A stretch of DNA of 58,965 nt, the filler included, from Globobulimina sp. (taxonomy: Eukaryota): the NCBI GenBank assembly GCA_003354225.1. It is 10 parts of 10 records of this genome, joined end to end, with 100 filler letters (N's around TTAATTAATTAA, not from the genome) between each part and the next. Parts side by side here need not be neighbours in the genome. Positions count along the whole stretch, not along the records: positions 41,380 to 47,175 come from PIVH01000439.1; positions 47,276 to 53,071 come from PIVH01000440.1; positions 53,172 to 58,965 come from PIVH01000441.1; 7 more parts are not named here. One strand, written 5' to 3'. Below, piece after piece: positions 45,624 through 58,661 of the stretch (position 1 is the stretch's first letter; every line of letters begins with the position of its first letter). Below the pieces are notes generated by a model. It was not told the origin of the DNA. It was given only the letters and a program-made list of their open reading frames with translations, and did no database searches. Made by a program: the position numbers and the translations under genes.

Positions 45624-47175
45624 ATGGCACTCTCAATCACACCACAATGGAGTATGTTTATTATTTGTTTTTTTTTATCGATAATCTCTTTTACACAACA
45701 AACAAATAAAAAAATACCTACAGTAAATCTGGAATGCAGTTTAAACGCACACAAATTGACCATCATGGAGTTCACACTAATCTACTCACAAATAAATTGC
45801 ACGGTGCCTTTCCAAAAAAGGTATCTATATATAAACCGTCCGAAAATATTTGAAATATCTTTTAAATGCTCCAACATTAATGAACCAATCAGCTTTTTAA
45901 CAATTGCCAATTTACCGCCATTATCTTGGAAAGAATCGTGTGAAACCGGTTCAATTCATAAGATATTTAATGTTAACCCAATCTTTGATTTTTCTTTCAA
46001 CACAACCTCATCCCATCCAATTTCAGATATTTTTGCAAAAACAACATATTATCCAATGTCATATATATACGAACTATGTACACCACAAACAATATGTACA
46101 TCGCACATTACATCCACAAAACCATTGTCATGTTTACCAACTCCATATTCCGCGGAATCTAAACATATTCAAAGCAAATGTAGTGACGAACCCACATTCA
46201 TATCAAATCAAACAATGCCAAACAATGCAACAATTAAATGCGTTGAAGAGTATCCAAATGGATTAACAGCGGTTGATACATCTTACAGTAACTTACCAAT
46301 TAATTGTGGTGAAATTCACTTATTTCAAGTTGCAAAACCTGGCTATTATATAGCTGTTGATGCAATAAACAATTACGATCCATATAATAATGGCCAGATA
46401 ACAGTGATTCAATTACAAGCATCACGTTATGAGTGGATATTTCCTGGACAGTCTGGAATAAAATGGGATATCACCTATTTGAAACAATGCCCGTTTGAAT
46501 ATTCAATATGTATTGCTGATAAATGTAATTCTGAAGGAATTAAATATTTGCAGTTCGATCCTGAACAAACTGCAAACGGCAACAGTGATTTTGTAGTATG
46601 CAGCAATCCGTATATATTACAAAATATTGTCCCAAGGATTCCCTGTTATCATGAATGCAATGAATCTGTTAAAGTTTCATGGATTATTGGTCTATTAATT
46701 GGTGGTATTTTATTATCCATATTTCAAGTACTCTTATTTTATTTGTTTGTCGTTACATATTTTAAAATGAAATATAACAAAGATATTAATTTCGAAACAA
46801 TATTTTGGTACAGTGCGATTAAAGAAAAATTGAAACAATACAATAAAAATACGTATACTAAAAATAATCACTACACAGATAGCGAGGATGAGGACAGTTA
46901 TAATGGATTGTTTAATGAGTATAATATCGGAGATAGAGTGGAAATTGAAATCAATCGCAGAAAATATGAGTGGGGCACGATAGAATATGTTGGAAAGTTG
47001 CAGCATTTGATCAGAAAAGGTATTGATGATCGAATATATTTTGGTGTTGAGTTAGATGGAAAACATGGTGATAATAATGGGATGATTAAGAATGAAGAAT
47101 ATTTTCAATGCGCTGATGGTTTTGGAGTGTTTATACTGGAAAATGATATTAGAACATTAATAAAACAGCAAATAA
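45624..47175 (+). CDS. Type I membrane protein with Cys-rich ectodomain and cytoplasmic CAP-Gly domain; 3' truncated
   Basis: Signal peptide; single TM (WIIGLLIGGILLSIFQVLLFYLFVV); CAP-Gly IGDRVEI...GTIEYVG...YFGVELDGKHGDNNG....EYFQC..GFGVFI. Confidence 0.8.
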
Positions 47176-47275
47176 NNNNNNNNNNNNNNNNNNNNNNNNN
47201 NNNNNNNNNNNNNNNNNNNTTAATTAATTAANNNNNNNNNNNNNNNNNNNNNNNNNNNNNNNNNNNNNNNNNNNN
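47176..47275. other. Artificial contig linker
   Basis: N44-TTAATTAATTAA-N44. Confidence 0.99.
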
Positions 47276-48444
47276 TTCTTCTTCTTGCCATTTGATTGTG
47301 GATTGGAAATGCAAACTGGAACATATTTCTCTTGAATACTTAAACGATTTCTTTTCCATAAATATATTTTTGCGTCGTCACCGGCAGACAATAACAAATT
47401 GCCAGTAATATTCCATTGGACTTTCCATACCGAATCATTATGAATATTTGATTCAAATATGACATTCCATTCTAACTTATTATTCGCACTCTGGTCCTTC
47501 ATATTCATTTTCATAATCCTCTGATGTCGATTTATTTGAATTACTCGAACAAATCCATCCGAACATCCCACTGCTAACAAATGATACTTTCGCGCCAAAT
47601 GACGACTCCATGAAATGCCACAAACATTGGTATTCTTTTCATTTTTATTCAATAGCTCGATGCAACCAACACAGTGCCAATCCATATTCTTTTTTATTGT
47701 GCTCAGATTTGTCGTGGCTCTCTCCATTTTTTCTTCATTTCCATTATCAAAATATCTATAAATAAAAACACGATTTTTATTTGTCCCCACCGCAAATGAT
47801 GGCAACTCCCAACTCGATTCATTCCATGACATACAAAAAGATTTTATATGTTGCATTTTTTTATTTTTAGCATTGGCAATGTCCATAAATGGCATCTGTC
47901 GATGCCACGGCACTGACAATGGCAATGTGTCTGCAATATTTATGGAATATTGCTGTATCCATTGGGACAGATTTGTAATATCGCGCGCTGTCAATATTTT
48001 AATGACGCCTATTTTGCAGACGATGGAGAGTTTAAGTCCTAAATGTTTTGGAACGAAGGCGATGGAAGAAGCGGAATGAAAATCTAGAAAAACGCGTTTG
48101 TAACAAAATAATTTCTCACTGTTGACAATATTAATTCGATTGTTATACAACGAACTATGAGCTTGAACGTGTGCGAATATATTTATTTTCTTATCTGTCG
48201 AACACGAAGCAAATATAGACCCAAATATTGGATTGGCCCAACATATCATTTGTATGGCGGCTTTATGCGTATGGTCGATATGGTTGATTTCCTGAATGCA
48301 TTTCCAATCACAATTATTACTGTATTTCCATATTTTGATGGTTTGGTCCGAGGAACAGGTTGCTAGCATTGTTCCGTAGTAATCAAATGATACGTCGTGG
48401 ATTAGATCTTTGTGGAAGGTGTTGAAATTAAAAGTTGATGACAT
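47276..48444 (-). CDS. SEH1: Nucleoporin SEH1 (WD40)
   Basis: HKDLIHDVSFDYYG..LATCSSDQTIKIW, WANPIFG, FVPKHLGLKL, VWKVQWNITGNLLLSAGDD. Confidence 0.9.
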
Positions 48445-48497
48445 GGTTAAAATACTAAGAGACTAAAGAGAGCCAGAAAAGTTTAAATTATTTCATC

Positions 48498-49736
48498 TTA
48501 AAAGTCTTGGTCGAATTCGAATTCCTTCACCGGTTTCGGTCTTGTTCGATAATCGATATTCTTGTAACTCTTATTTATCGGAGATGTGACCGATCGTTTC
48601 TGCTCAATCGAAGCGCCCAACGATGAATAAAACCGTCGTTTATTCTCCGTGATAGTCTCGAAATATTTCTTACTGAATAAAAACCAAAACAATGAGCAAT
48701 ATCGCGCATAGTCACATAGTCGATATAGCAACAATAGAATGATAATCCCAAATACATAAATCGTCAGAACCACCACGAACATTTCAATCACAATCATCGA
48801 CACTTTGAAACTGAGCATCAAGAGAATCAAACTTGGCATTTGAATAAAAAAACAAAACACAAAACACAAATACAAATAAAAACATTGCTCAAATCTAGAC
48901 GCTTCGTGCGATGGTGATATCATATCATAACTCAATGGAATGACAGGAATGGCGCTCGTCGCTGTCGTCGGAGTGGAGGACGTTTCGTATGCATTATCAC
49001 ACACAAAATGCGCTGAATTGTTGCGAGAAACAGGCGGAACGAACCAAAATCTGTTGGGGGTTTCGTCCGCTTTCCAGGCGCCGTCGTCGGAGGCATAATA
49101 ATCCGGATATTGTTTCAAAATGTAATTTGGCGGTTTGCTGTCTATTAATAATGTGAGTGGCCGCACTGAAATGGATAAAAAAAATATAAAACACATTGTA
49201 AGTACAAATAAATCGAATATGCGACCATCTTTGTCATAGACCATGAATACAAATAAAAAATCACAGCCAAATAGCACTGATATAATGGATTGGAAGCTAG
49301 CCTGCAAAGGGGATGCGAGCAAAAAAAAGCAGTGCTTCGTGATTACGGCGGTATGGATGGCTAAAATGGTTTGTTGCGAGTGCTTATTATGTACGTCCTG
49401 TGCACCACAAATAATTATCGCAAATATGGCGGAAAGAATGGATAAAAACCATAGCTGGAATAGTCTGTATTTGATAGGGAGTGAGGTTTTGTTTTGGAAT
49501 GTTTTATACCACGATAGCGAATAAAATATGACTTTTGCGACGAATATGAATGAGTACATAAATATTAGCACTGTCAAATGTGTTTCTGATTTGCCAATAA
49601 TGAAGTTATTGTGGTGACTGGTCATAAGGAATATATTGGATAGGAGGTCGGCTATAACCCATGCGAGTTGCATCCAGAAGGTGTGGCTAATGCAGAACCA
49701 GAAGGCACAGCCACAGAGCTCGCGTACATGATGCAT
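48498..49736 (-). CDS. Multi-pass membrane protein, unknown function
   Basis: 412-aa ORF with about eight hydrophobic helices. Confidence 0.65.
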   Translation of the reverse strand: MHHVRELCGCAFWFCISHTFWMQLAWVIADLLSNIFLMTSHHNNFIIGKSETHLTVLIFMYSFIFVAKVIFYSLSWYKTFQNKTSLPIKYRLFQLWFLSILSAIFAIIICGAQDVHNKHSQQTILAIHTAVITKHCFFLLASPLQASFQSIISVLFGCDFLFVFMVYDKDGRIFDLFVLTMCFIFFLSISVRPLTLLIDSKPPNYILKQYPDYYASDDGAWKADETPNRFWFVPPVSRNNSAHFVCDNAYETSSTPTTATSAIPVIPLSYDMISPSHEASRFEQCFYLYLCFVFCFFIQMPSLILLMLSFKVSMIVIEMFVVVLTIYVFGIIILLLLYRLCDYARYCSLFWFLFSKKYFETITENKRRFYSSLGASIEQKRSVTSPINKSYKNIDYRTRPKPVKEFEFDQDF

Positions 49737-49803
49737 TTATTTTGATTTATTATTTTTTAATACTGAAAATTAAGTAAAGATTAAGTAGCTTCGCAAAAGC
49801 TTA

Positions 49804-52385
49804 ATGACTACTATTCGGTCGAAAGTTATTGATGAACTGTCTGAATTAGGGTATCCCCGCGACGATGTTATTAATTGTATCAATGATGTAAGTACACGCT
49901 TATCATGGCATATAAACTCATTTTGTTTAATATATTCACGTAAAAATAAACAATGGTTTCGTGCCCAAATAACCAATATATTTGTACATGAAGACACAAA
50001 TCAAGAATGGATCAAAGTTAAATACAGTACGAAAAGTTCAAAGGAAATCCAACGACTAAATGAAAATATAAAACCAATCGACATTGACGAGAATTGTAAC
50101 AAGCATTACGACAGAAATATAATTAAATATCTTTCAAATACATTGCAAACCACTCATTCAAGAACAATGCATTTGAGCTGGATAAATATAGCAAATTGTG
50201 TTCATCACCAAATGAATGCAACCTTAGCATCCACCATTCGATCCATTATAATCGCGCAAAATGGCAAACCAAATGACATAAATGATAATGGGAAAGTTGG
50301 TCTATATGATTTAAATGAGCAACATAGCCAAACAATGTTGAATATTTTACAAACAAAAGTAACTTTATCAACGCAAGAAACAAATTATCTCAAAACGTTG
50401 ATAAAACGTGCCCGCGTTTTTGCAGTCGCACCCATTCAAAGTTCTGTATTTGTAATTTGAGCATGAAACGTTTCTAAAACAAAAACACATTAACGTTAAG
50501 AAACACTCTTTGTTTTTGAGTGTCAGAACTTTTCCCAACATTTTCTATGAATTTTCTGACTCTGAAAAATTAGACCCACTGTACTTTAGGTGATGATATG
50601 AAGGATGTGGCAGACTCTCCAGATTCGCAGGACTTTGCCATACAAATTCCGGGATTGAATAAAGATTTATTGCAAGATATATTCGATGTACATCGTGCAT
50701 TTACATTTAATAATTGCCATTTCGATGAATATTCATTGCAGCAATTTCGACATGACATCGTTGAATGTGGCGAGAAACATTTAGGTCAACAATTTGTGCA
50801 GAAACATTTACTAAATCTGCAATTCAAAGAGGGAATGGATTTTGCGCCACCATATATCATCAATGATGACATTCTTCCGGTCGTCGACTATATTTTGGGT
50901 GTATCGCATTATGTGTATCATCTCACAAACAATGTTAAAAAACAACAAAACTTGCAGTTTGATTTAAAATTGACCGTCATCCCGAAATCTGTGGTATCTG
51001 TATATGACAGTAATATATCGTTTAATTGTAACGTTGGCCGCGTGGATAACTATTTATGTTGGAAAAATATCTACGATTATCATCGAGCGGCGTTGCGAAC
51101 AAACAGCTCCGTCGAGGACATCATTAAAGCGCTGCATCAGTGGACGGTTGAAGATGTTGTGAGTGATACGGTATCAATGTTGCATGTAATTATTGATCGG
51201 AGACATTTAAAATGCAGTAAAGACCTTTTATTTTTGTTTGGCAGTGCCGGAGATGGCTTACCTGAGTTGAATGCAAATTGCTTTGTCGGTTTAGATTTCC
51301 ATATTGATTTCGTGGACAATAAGACATCTGCGTATTTGCGGTATGGTGTTGCGGGACAATTGCGTTTCTATCCGGAAATGTTAGAGTCAGTCTTGCCAAG
51401 TTTTTTTAAGCAACAAACAGAGACATCAGATACAACAGACAATGGCAACTGTGCTGATGAATGGGCAGTGGATTTGCACGATGAGTCATTTAACAGCTTT
51501 TACCAAATAATTACAGGAGCCACGCATAGGTCAAGTAGGCGGAGCGGGGAAGCAAAGCCGAAACAGAGTCAATTGTCAATTGTCGCAGAAACGTTTAATA
51601 GTGCCACCAACGAGCGAATGGAGTATAAATGGGCTGAGATAGCAAGGCATAACACAGCAAAAGACCTATGGCTCGTTTATGATGGCAAAATATTTGATAT
51701 TACCCGATTTTTGAGGTTCCACCCGGGTGGAATTGATGTGATTTTAGAGATTGCCGCAAAAGACCAAGATATCACCAAAGCATTTCGCAGATTAAATCAT
51801 CCGCCGATTGCGGAGAGGATTATGCTGAAACATTTTATTGGCGTTCTTAAAGAAGAAAAAAGGCAAAAAGCCAAAAATAAGCCGCGATATTCGTGGATCA
51901 AACCGATATGGAATGCTGACAAAGGGAATTTGGCGTTGAATGTATTTGAGATCGATGCAATTGGAGAGAGCGCCGATGCGGATTTCAAAATATTGGTAAC
52001 GTGGAGCGGTTTCTATTCGGTGAAAATCGACATTTTAGACAAACAGCATGAAAATTTGATGTATGTCATCAATAATTTGTTTAATCGCTATGAGTTTGCG
52101 GATGTCATGGAATTGTCGCATCGTTGGAATGTTCATGATAAAACTGAAGAAACTCTGTTTTCGTACTACCATTTTGATGATGAGATAGAAAGAGAGCATA
52201 TTGTTGATCATAAAAGAATGTTTCATAAAATAAAAGATCAGATTACTGATTTACGCATAAAATATGAGACTGAAAAACCGAGATATGAGGAATTGGTAAA
52301 ATTTAGCAAAATGTTTGCCGGAATGTTCAAAGCTCATCATGTTGTCCATGATGTCAAATACATTGAATATTTAAATTTGGTTTAG
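49804..52385 (+). CDS. Multi-domain protein containing a cytochrome b5-like heme-binding domain
   Basis: YKWAEIARHNTAKDLWLVYDGKIFDITRFLRFHPGG...DITKAF...H...FIGVL. The two ORFs (49804-50460, 50598-52385) are probably joined by an intron at ~50446-50573. Confidence 0.7.
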
Positions 52386-52521
52386 CTCACTTTGAGGATT
52401 TGATTGCATGCTATTTTATTTTATTTAAGTTATATATATTGATTGTTTGTTTGTTTTTTGTGTCGTGTCTGTATATATATTTTAAAATATATACTTTTTT
52501 TGGGAAACGTTAATTTTTATC

Positions 52522-53071
52522 TTATCTTAGAATTGCAGCAATGTACAAACCTCCAACAATTACAATGGACGTTATGACAATTAAATATATTTTTGCGTTT
52601 CTTGCATTTGGAAGAATATTTGTTTCAATCCACGATCTTTCAATATTAACATACGGCAATGGGCAATTCTCACATTCTGGTTCTTTATCAGCCTCAAATA
52701 TTTTTTTGATTTTAATTTTCTTATTATTTTTAGCCAAAATGTTTGCAATTTTATTTGCTTCTCTTTCGCCGGCTTGGATCGCACCGTCCATATATCCCAT
52801 CCAATTATCGGCTAACTCTGTGCCCGCAAAATATATTTTGTTATTCTCTGCTTTTTTTAGTATCTTCCAATATGCGGAACTCATCACATTGCATCCAACC
52901 GTTCCAACATAACAACCTCCACTAAATTTTTCATCATGCCATATTTTTTCAAAATAGCCAATACATTCTGTCACTGCACACTCAGTACCAAATATTTTCT
53001 CATATTGCGCCAAAACACATTGTTTCCTCTCTTCATAACCCATTTCCATATATTTCCGGGCTTGGTTTGCT
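52522..53071 (-). CDS. Flavin-containing monoamine oxidase-like protein, C-terminal part
   Basis: EKIWHDEKFSGGCY, IYFAGTELA..WMGYMDGAIQAGEREA, and a C-terminal TM anchor as in MAO. Confidence 0.9.
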
Positions 53072-53171
53072 NNNNNNNNNNNNNNNNNNNNNNNNNNNNN
53101 NNNNNNNNNNNNNNNTTAATTAATTAANNNNNNNNNNNNNNNNNNNNNNNNNNNNNNNNNNNNNNNNNNNN
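53072..53171. other. Artificial contig linker
   Basis: N44-TTAATTAATTAA-N44. Confidence 0.99.
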
Positions 53172-53911
53172 CAACCTCGCAAAGACATCATACCAATAAC
53201 ATTAAATTTATATATATTCAATAAAAAAAGGACAGCCTCTGCCACCGTTCCCGGCAAGCTCCAAAAATCAGTCCTTTTCGCACCGGCCCTTCACTGTATT
53301 CTTGGGCGATGATTTTAAGCACTCTGAGCATGTACAACAGCACGCTCATAATAACGTATGTGGCTCCTCCTTGCATGCACACATGATCCCGTTTTAAACG
53401 GTTGCCTCACTGCGCTGCTTCGAGAGTGAGCTCAACGTTTTGAGTCCGTGTGACCTGACTTTGAGTGTTGATTGTTGCCTTTTTTTATGTGATTGGGCCC
53501 CAATCAATCCAATCCTCTTTAAAATAAACTATTTCACCCTGTCCTCACGGATACGGTAGTCTGGCCTTCAGCGTATTCCTATTCGTACGTTCTGTCGTGA
53601 TATTTTTGATAGAATCAAATAACCCCTGCAAAAATTTTAAAATAGAAAGAAAGAAAGAAAAACGGTATGTATTTTATTTGTTTTATGTTAATTATGTATT
53701 TAATTTGTTTTATGTTAATAATTAGATTGGATTTCGTCGAGAAAATGTCGCCGCCAGCTACAATTCAACGAATTACACCGCGGTGATTCGCAAATATAAA
53801 AAGCTCCAAAAAAACCTCACAAATCCTACCTACCTCAATCAAAAACCCTACCACAATTCCGACCTATTGTTACTACAAAACCTCCACAAATCCTACAGAT
53901 CAACCACCAAA

Positions 53912-56900
53912 ATGGCAGCACCGCGATGTAAAAAACCGCCTAAAATGCCGTTCAATGAACTTCGCCTGGAATGGATTTTGAATCCAAGAAACGTCGATTT
54001 CATAACCACGCATCACTGGAAACAAACGGGAGAGCAAAATGTAAGAGAAGCAGTGCGACAAAATCGATTGGTCCTCGTGCAAGGAAATAATGCCAGAATC
54101 GCTAAATCGTGCCAGTCTTTTTATTATTTGCTCGCAGATCCATTAATGAATGATGCAGACAACTCTTCGCAATGCATACCATGGTGTATATGCGGCTCGG
54201 ATATGAATGAATATTTCGGGCTTTCATATCAAATGACGAAGAAAAATAAAGTCGGTGCATACACCACGTCACAATTAACGAAGCATGGGCATTATGTTAA
54301 ATGGCTCGAAGAGCATTCAGATGCATTAAACACCAATTTACGAAAGCAATCCCGCGATATATTAAAATTAGGTGCGTCGAGTGCGGTGATTAAGGATTTA
54401 CGGCCGTTTACGTTCACAGAGGGAAAGGGCGTATTCGAATTAATAAAGGCCGCAATTAAGGTTGGCACATTATTGAAAGACATGCCGAGTGATGAACAAA
54501 TTCGTCGTATTATCCCTTCGCGTGGCACAACCAAAAGAAAAGTAAATTTGGTGCATGATGCGTATTTAATTAAGAAATTCAAGTATTTAAAGGCATTGGA
54601 CGAGGAACCGCTACCTGCCGTGCACTTTCAATTTGATTTTTGGGAGGATAGCTTTAAAAAACAGCATTTTTTGGGTTTGTTTTTCTGTTTTATGTGTATA
54701 TATTTCTTGAATTTTCTATCAGGTGTCATCGTGGCCGAGGCTGATTGGAAAACGCAGAGGATCAAGGCCTACGTTCTTGAATTTATACGTTGGGATGATT
54801 TAGTTGAAGAGGTCAATGACGACGACGAATATGATTCGGATAGTACCGAGGGCTCAGATGTCCCGAGTGAACCGGATGAGAGAGGCGGCGATGAAACCGA
54901 TGAAGAATTTACGATGATTGATGCTAATCGATGGTTAAATTCGGATGACGATGACGATGACGATGACGATGGTCACTATGGTGACGATGGCGATGGTATG
55001 GAGTCGTTGTATTGATAAAAAATTGATAAAATTCTCGCAATTGCCGGAAAAATTGATAAAATTCTCGCAATTTCGGGAAAATAATGGTCGAAAATTCGGT
55101 AATTGGCCTCGAACGTGGCGAAATCATCGAAATTGGATCAAGCATCTGACGGGATAACGATCGGTTGGTATTAATACAGGTTGGTACATAACCATTTTAT
55201 ATTTCATTAAGAATTCGGGCCAATAGGTCAATATTTTGTTTTGTCTCTATAATATCCGAGCTCAAAATAGTAATAATGTTATACAACTTAAGTTTAGTTA
55301 TTGATGATTACTTTTTTGATGCATATAAATGAAATATTGATTTATGTTCAATAAGGTTATGTACCAACCTGTATTAATACCAACCGATCGTAATCCCATC
55401 AGATGCTTGATCTAATTTCGATGATTTCGCCACGTTCGAGGCCAATTTCTGAAATTTCGACCATTATTTTCCCGAAATTTGCTATATTTTCGAAAAAAAA
55501 TAGAGAATAAAGATGACAGCAAGGATGACGTCGACGTTACTCCCAGAACAAAGATATCGTGCACGGCGGAAGCAATAGCAAGGCAGCTTGACAAGGTTTT
55601 TGAACGGAATTTTATGCCTAACATTGGTAAAAGTAGCGATACATTCATTTGCGGCGACCGCGCGAGTAATAATGTCAAGGCCGGGCGAGAATTATTAAAA
55701 AATACATTTGTCTCTGGAATTTTGCATGGATGGAATACTGTGATTTCCGCCAGTATTAAAAAGGTGACCTCGAGGTATGTCAGGAAACCGGGTCAAAGAA
55801 AAAGGAAAAGAAACCCAGATTACCTACCACGTTTAAAGAAAGCATTCGATCAATGCAAGCAATTCACGGGCCATGTAAAAAGGCGAGGTATGAATGGTAA
55901 TTTCGTCCCCAAATTGAAAGTGAGGCAGGCAGTGCGATGGAATACGCTCGCAAACCATTTGGAGCCCTTTGTCCAATCGAAGAATTTTAAAATGGCGCTG
56001 GCAGTTCGACGGTATTGGCTTAAGAATGGCAAATTCAAAGAAGCTGAGAAGAAACATAATTATCGAGATTTATTTAACAGTAAGGCTTTATTAAAAGGCG
56101 CATTGAAGGCATTAGAACCGGTTCGCGATGTATATTCATTGTTGGAGGGAGAGAAGGTACCGACCATACATATGGTCATCCCGATCGCACACAAATTACT
56201 ATACGGTCGTTGTGGGCCACGAGGCAATCAACCTCCTGTATGGCAGCAAAAAAGAGGCGATATGCCGGAAATTATTAAGTTAAAAAATGTATTATTCGAA
56301 AATGTTCGCTGCAAAGTATTGGACCATTTAAATATTGTACATTGGGGCGCTGTGATTTTGTGCCCAGCGACAAAGCTCGAATCATTTTTTCTTGGTAAAT
56401 TCAACAATGAATTTGAAAGAAGATGTCTCGCCATCGCCGATTTACGAGAAAGAATAACAAAATTAGGAAATGAAATTGAAAGAAGAGCGAATTTAGTCAA
56501 CGTTGGTGGTGATTGGGAGAATAAAGATAACGAAGTCGAAGACGAAGACGATCGCGTTGTGAATGATTTTTGTCATTTTGGATTTGAATCGGATATACCG
56601 GCGGTGAGATCCAGTGCGCGTTTAAGAGGCAACCGTGAATTGGATGAATATTTGAGAATGGAGCATGACGGCAGCGAGAAAGAGGCATTTTGGTTGAATC
56701 CGTTCACATTTTGGATGGCTCCAGATCAGCAAACGAGATTTCCATTATTATCGAGAGTGGCTGTTTGGTTATTGACGATTCCTGCTGCTTCGGCCGGTGT
56801 AGAGAGATTATTCTCGCTCGCAAGCAATATATTAAGCAAGAAAAGGGGCGGGCGCATGGCTGTCGATACATTATGCACATTAACAGAATTAAAGAAAGCT

Positions 56901-56918
56901 ATCAATTTTGATGAATGA
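53912..56918 (+). mobile_element. hAT-superfamily DDE transposase gene, three exons
   Basis: DLRPFTFTEGKG; first D in FQFDFW; second D in GDRASNN; VRWNT; FPLLSRVA...IPAASAGVERLFS (catalytic E, hAT dimerisation domain). Phase-1 introns 54675-54722 and 54996-55503 restore one frame. Element termini not visible. Confidence 0.88.
55067..55482. repeat. Foldback/MITE-like long inverted repeat inside the transposase intron
   Basis: ~127-bp arms (55067-55193, 55355-55482) are near-perfect reverse complements around a ~160-bp AT-rich spacer. A tandem AAAAATTGATAAAATTCTCGCAATT x2 overlaps the left arm. Confidence 0.9.
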
Positions 56919-57208
56919 GTTGAAATTATCATTTATGACAGTTGTCTTCGTTTTTAATATTTTTTGGCTTTGTCAGGGCCAGTTTGTTGTAATGCGCGTA
57001 TTATGCTTTTTATTTATGCTTTTCTGGGCCATTTTGTTGTATATTTATGCTTTGTCTGGGCCTTTGGTTGTGTTTGCCCGCTTTTATGCTTTGTTTTTTG
57101 TTATTTATGCATGGTTTTGTTATTTGTTATTTGTTGCGCGTTTTTTATATTTTAAAAAAATAAAAACTTTTTTACTTCAAAAAATCTCAGTAAACATCTT
57201 TTTTTTTC

Positions 57209-58390
57209 ATGTCAAGCTCTCCAGTGAGCTCAAACAATATGAGCGAAAGACAAATGGTCAAATTTGATCCATCAGCAACCACCAACAATTCCACCACCAC
57301 CAACAATTCAACCGGCATTAAAAAAGAACCAGTCGACGTAGTCGATTTATGTTCACCGTCCAGATCGAGGTCGAAAAGCTGCGGCCGTGGAAAGAAAGAA
57401 CGGAGCCGGAGCCGGAGCCGTAGCAGAGACAGTCGACGTAGCCATAAAAAAAGCAAAAGAAGACGCAGAGGTATTTATGCTATGCATCATTATTTATGCA
57501 TTTATTTATTGTATCTTTTATATTTAGATCGACGGCGACATCGACACGATTCCTTCGAGACCGAGACCAAGGCCGATTATTCTCGATCCAGCCGACATCA
57601 TAGCAAATCCAGCCGACATCATAGCAAATCGAGCCGACAACGAAGCCAATCCGCCAATTATAATTATTTATTTGATGATGATAAATGTGATCAATGGCGT
57701 GCGGCGCAAAATCAAGGCCCTGCATATAATTATAACCGGTATAACTCCACTCATGTTGTACCGGTACAAGTGCCGATGCAAATTCGTATGCCTCGTCCAA
57801 TGGTACAAGTGCCGCAGTATCCGTCGTCCGATATATATCCGTCGTCGCCGAGTAAATTAAATTCGTCGCCGAGTACTACAAATAATTCGTCGCCGGCGGT
57901 GCAGCAGCCTCGTTTTATCTTTTCTAGGTTTCTCGGCCAAAGAACGGATGAAATGTTAGTGAGAAATTTTGGCGATAAAGAAGTATTAACCCGCAACTAT
58001 TTTGCAGCCACCTTCCTAGTCGACCGACAAAAGGCGAGTGATTGGGACATGTTGGGATACGAATACCAGCCAGGTTTGGACGATCCATCTTTAACCACTC
58101 CGCAAAGTTATGGCTATTTGGACGAGAATGTTTGGCACACTGTAATTCCTGAAAAAGAGAGGCTACAAATTCAACATTTAGCGTCCTCAGTAAACCTGTC
58201 AATCGTTGGGAAAAATAAGGAAAATTGCGGCACGTTGATGATATTTTTTTTGAATGGAGCAACCTTGATAGTGAGCAGCGGAAGGACCAAAGTGTGGGCA
58301 AAATTAGGTGTTTATCGTAAAAAACGTGGACCAATTAAACATTGTATTTGTTGTGGAAGAAATAAAAATAAAAAAAAAAAAAAGACATAG
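57209..58390 (+). CDS. Hypothetical protein with RS-rich N-half and basic C-terminus
   Basis: 393-aa ORF; RSRSRSRSR tract; probable in-frame intron ~57471-57527 (GTATTT...TATTTAG); C-terminal CICC + KKKKK. Confidence 0.6.
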   Translation: MSSSPVSSNNMSERQMVKFDPSATTNNSTTTNNSTGIKKEPVDVVDLCSPSRSRSKSCGRGKKERSRSRSRSRDSRRSHKKSKRRRRGIYAMHHYLCIYLLYLLYLDRRRHRHDSFETETKADYSRSSRHHSKSSRHHSKSSRQRSQSANYNYLFDDDKCDQWRAAQNQGPAYNYNRYNSTHVVPVQVPMQIRMPRPMVQVPQYPSSDIYPSSPSKLNSSPSTTNNSSPAVQQPRFIFSRFLGQRTDEMLVRNFGDKEVLTRNYFAATFLVDRQKASDWDMLGYEYQPGLDDPSLTTPQSYGYLDENVWHTVIPEKERLQIQHLASSVNLSIVGKNKENCGTLMIFFLNGATLIVSSGRTKVWAKLGVYRKKRGPIKHCICCGRNKNKKKKKT

Positions 58391-58661
58391 TAGATTTAGT
58401 ACATTAAATTTTATTTGTTGTGGTGGTGTTTTGTTTTGTTTTTTTTTATATCATTGTATGTGTTGTCCTGTTGTGTTTCGTCTTTTTTTTCTATAATAAT
58501 AATGCATTTTATTTTATTTTTTATTACCAATCTTGCAATTTCAAATCTTGTGCAAGGATCTCCGCAACAGTCAGAGTCACTCAAATTCTTAAATAAAAAT
58601 CTTAAATAAAAAGCAGTCACCACTCACCAAAAAACAAACAAAAATTCAGTCAAATCAAACA

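Noticed and set aside
5824-53171. Regularly spaced TTAATTAATTAA palindromes (~5.9-kb period) as a biological repeat
   Set aside because: Always embedded in N44...N44; an artificial six-frame-stop linker.
53230-53620. Possible coding exons upstream of the transposase
   Set aside because: Short open frames exist on both strands with no recognisable motif; strand and structure cannot be supported.
53912-56918. This transposase as the mobiliser of the hAT MITE at 481-969
   Set aside because: Different contigs and probably different organisms; no shared terminal sequence visible.
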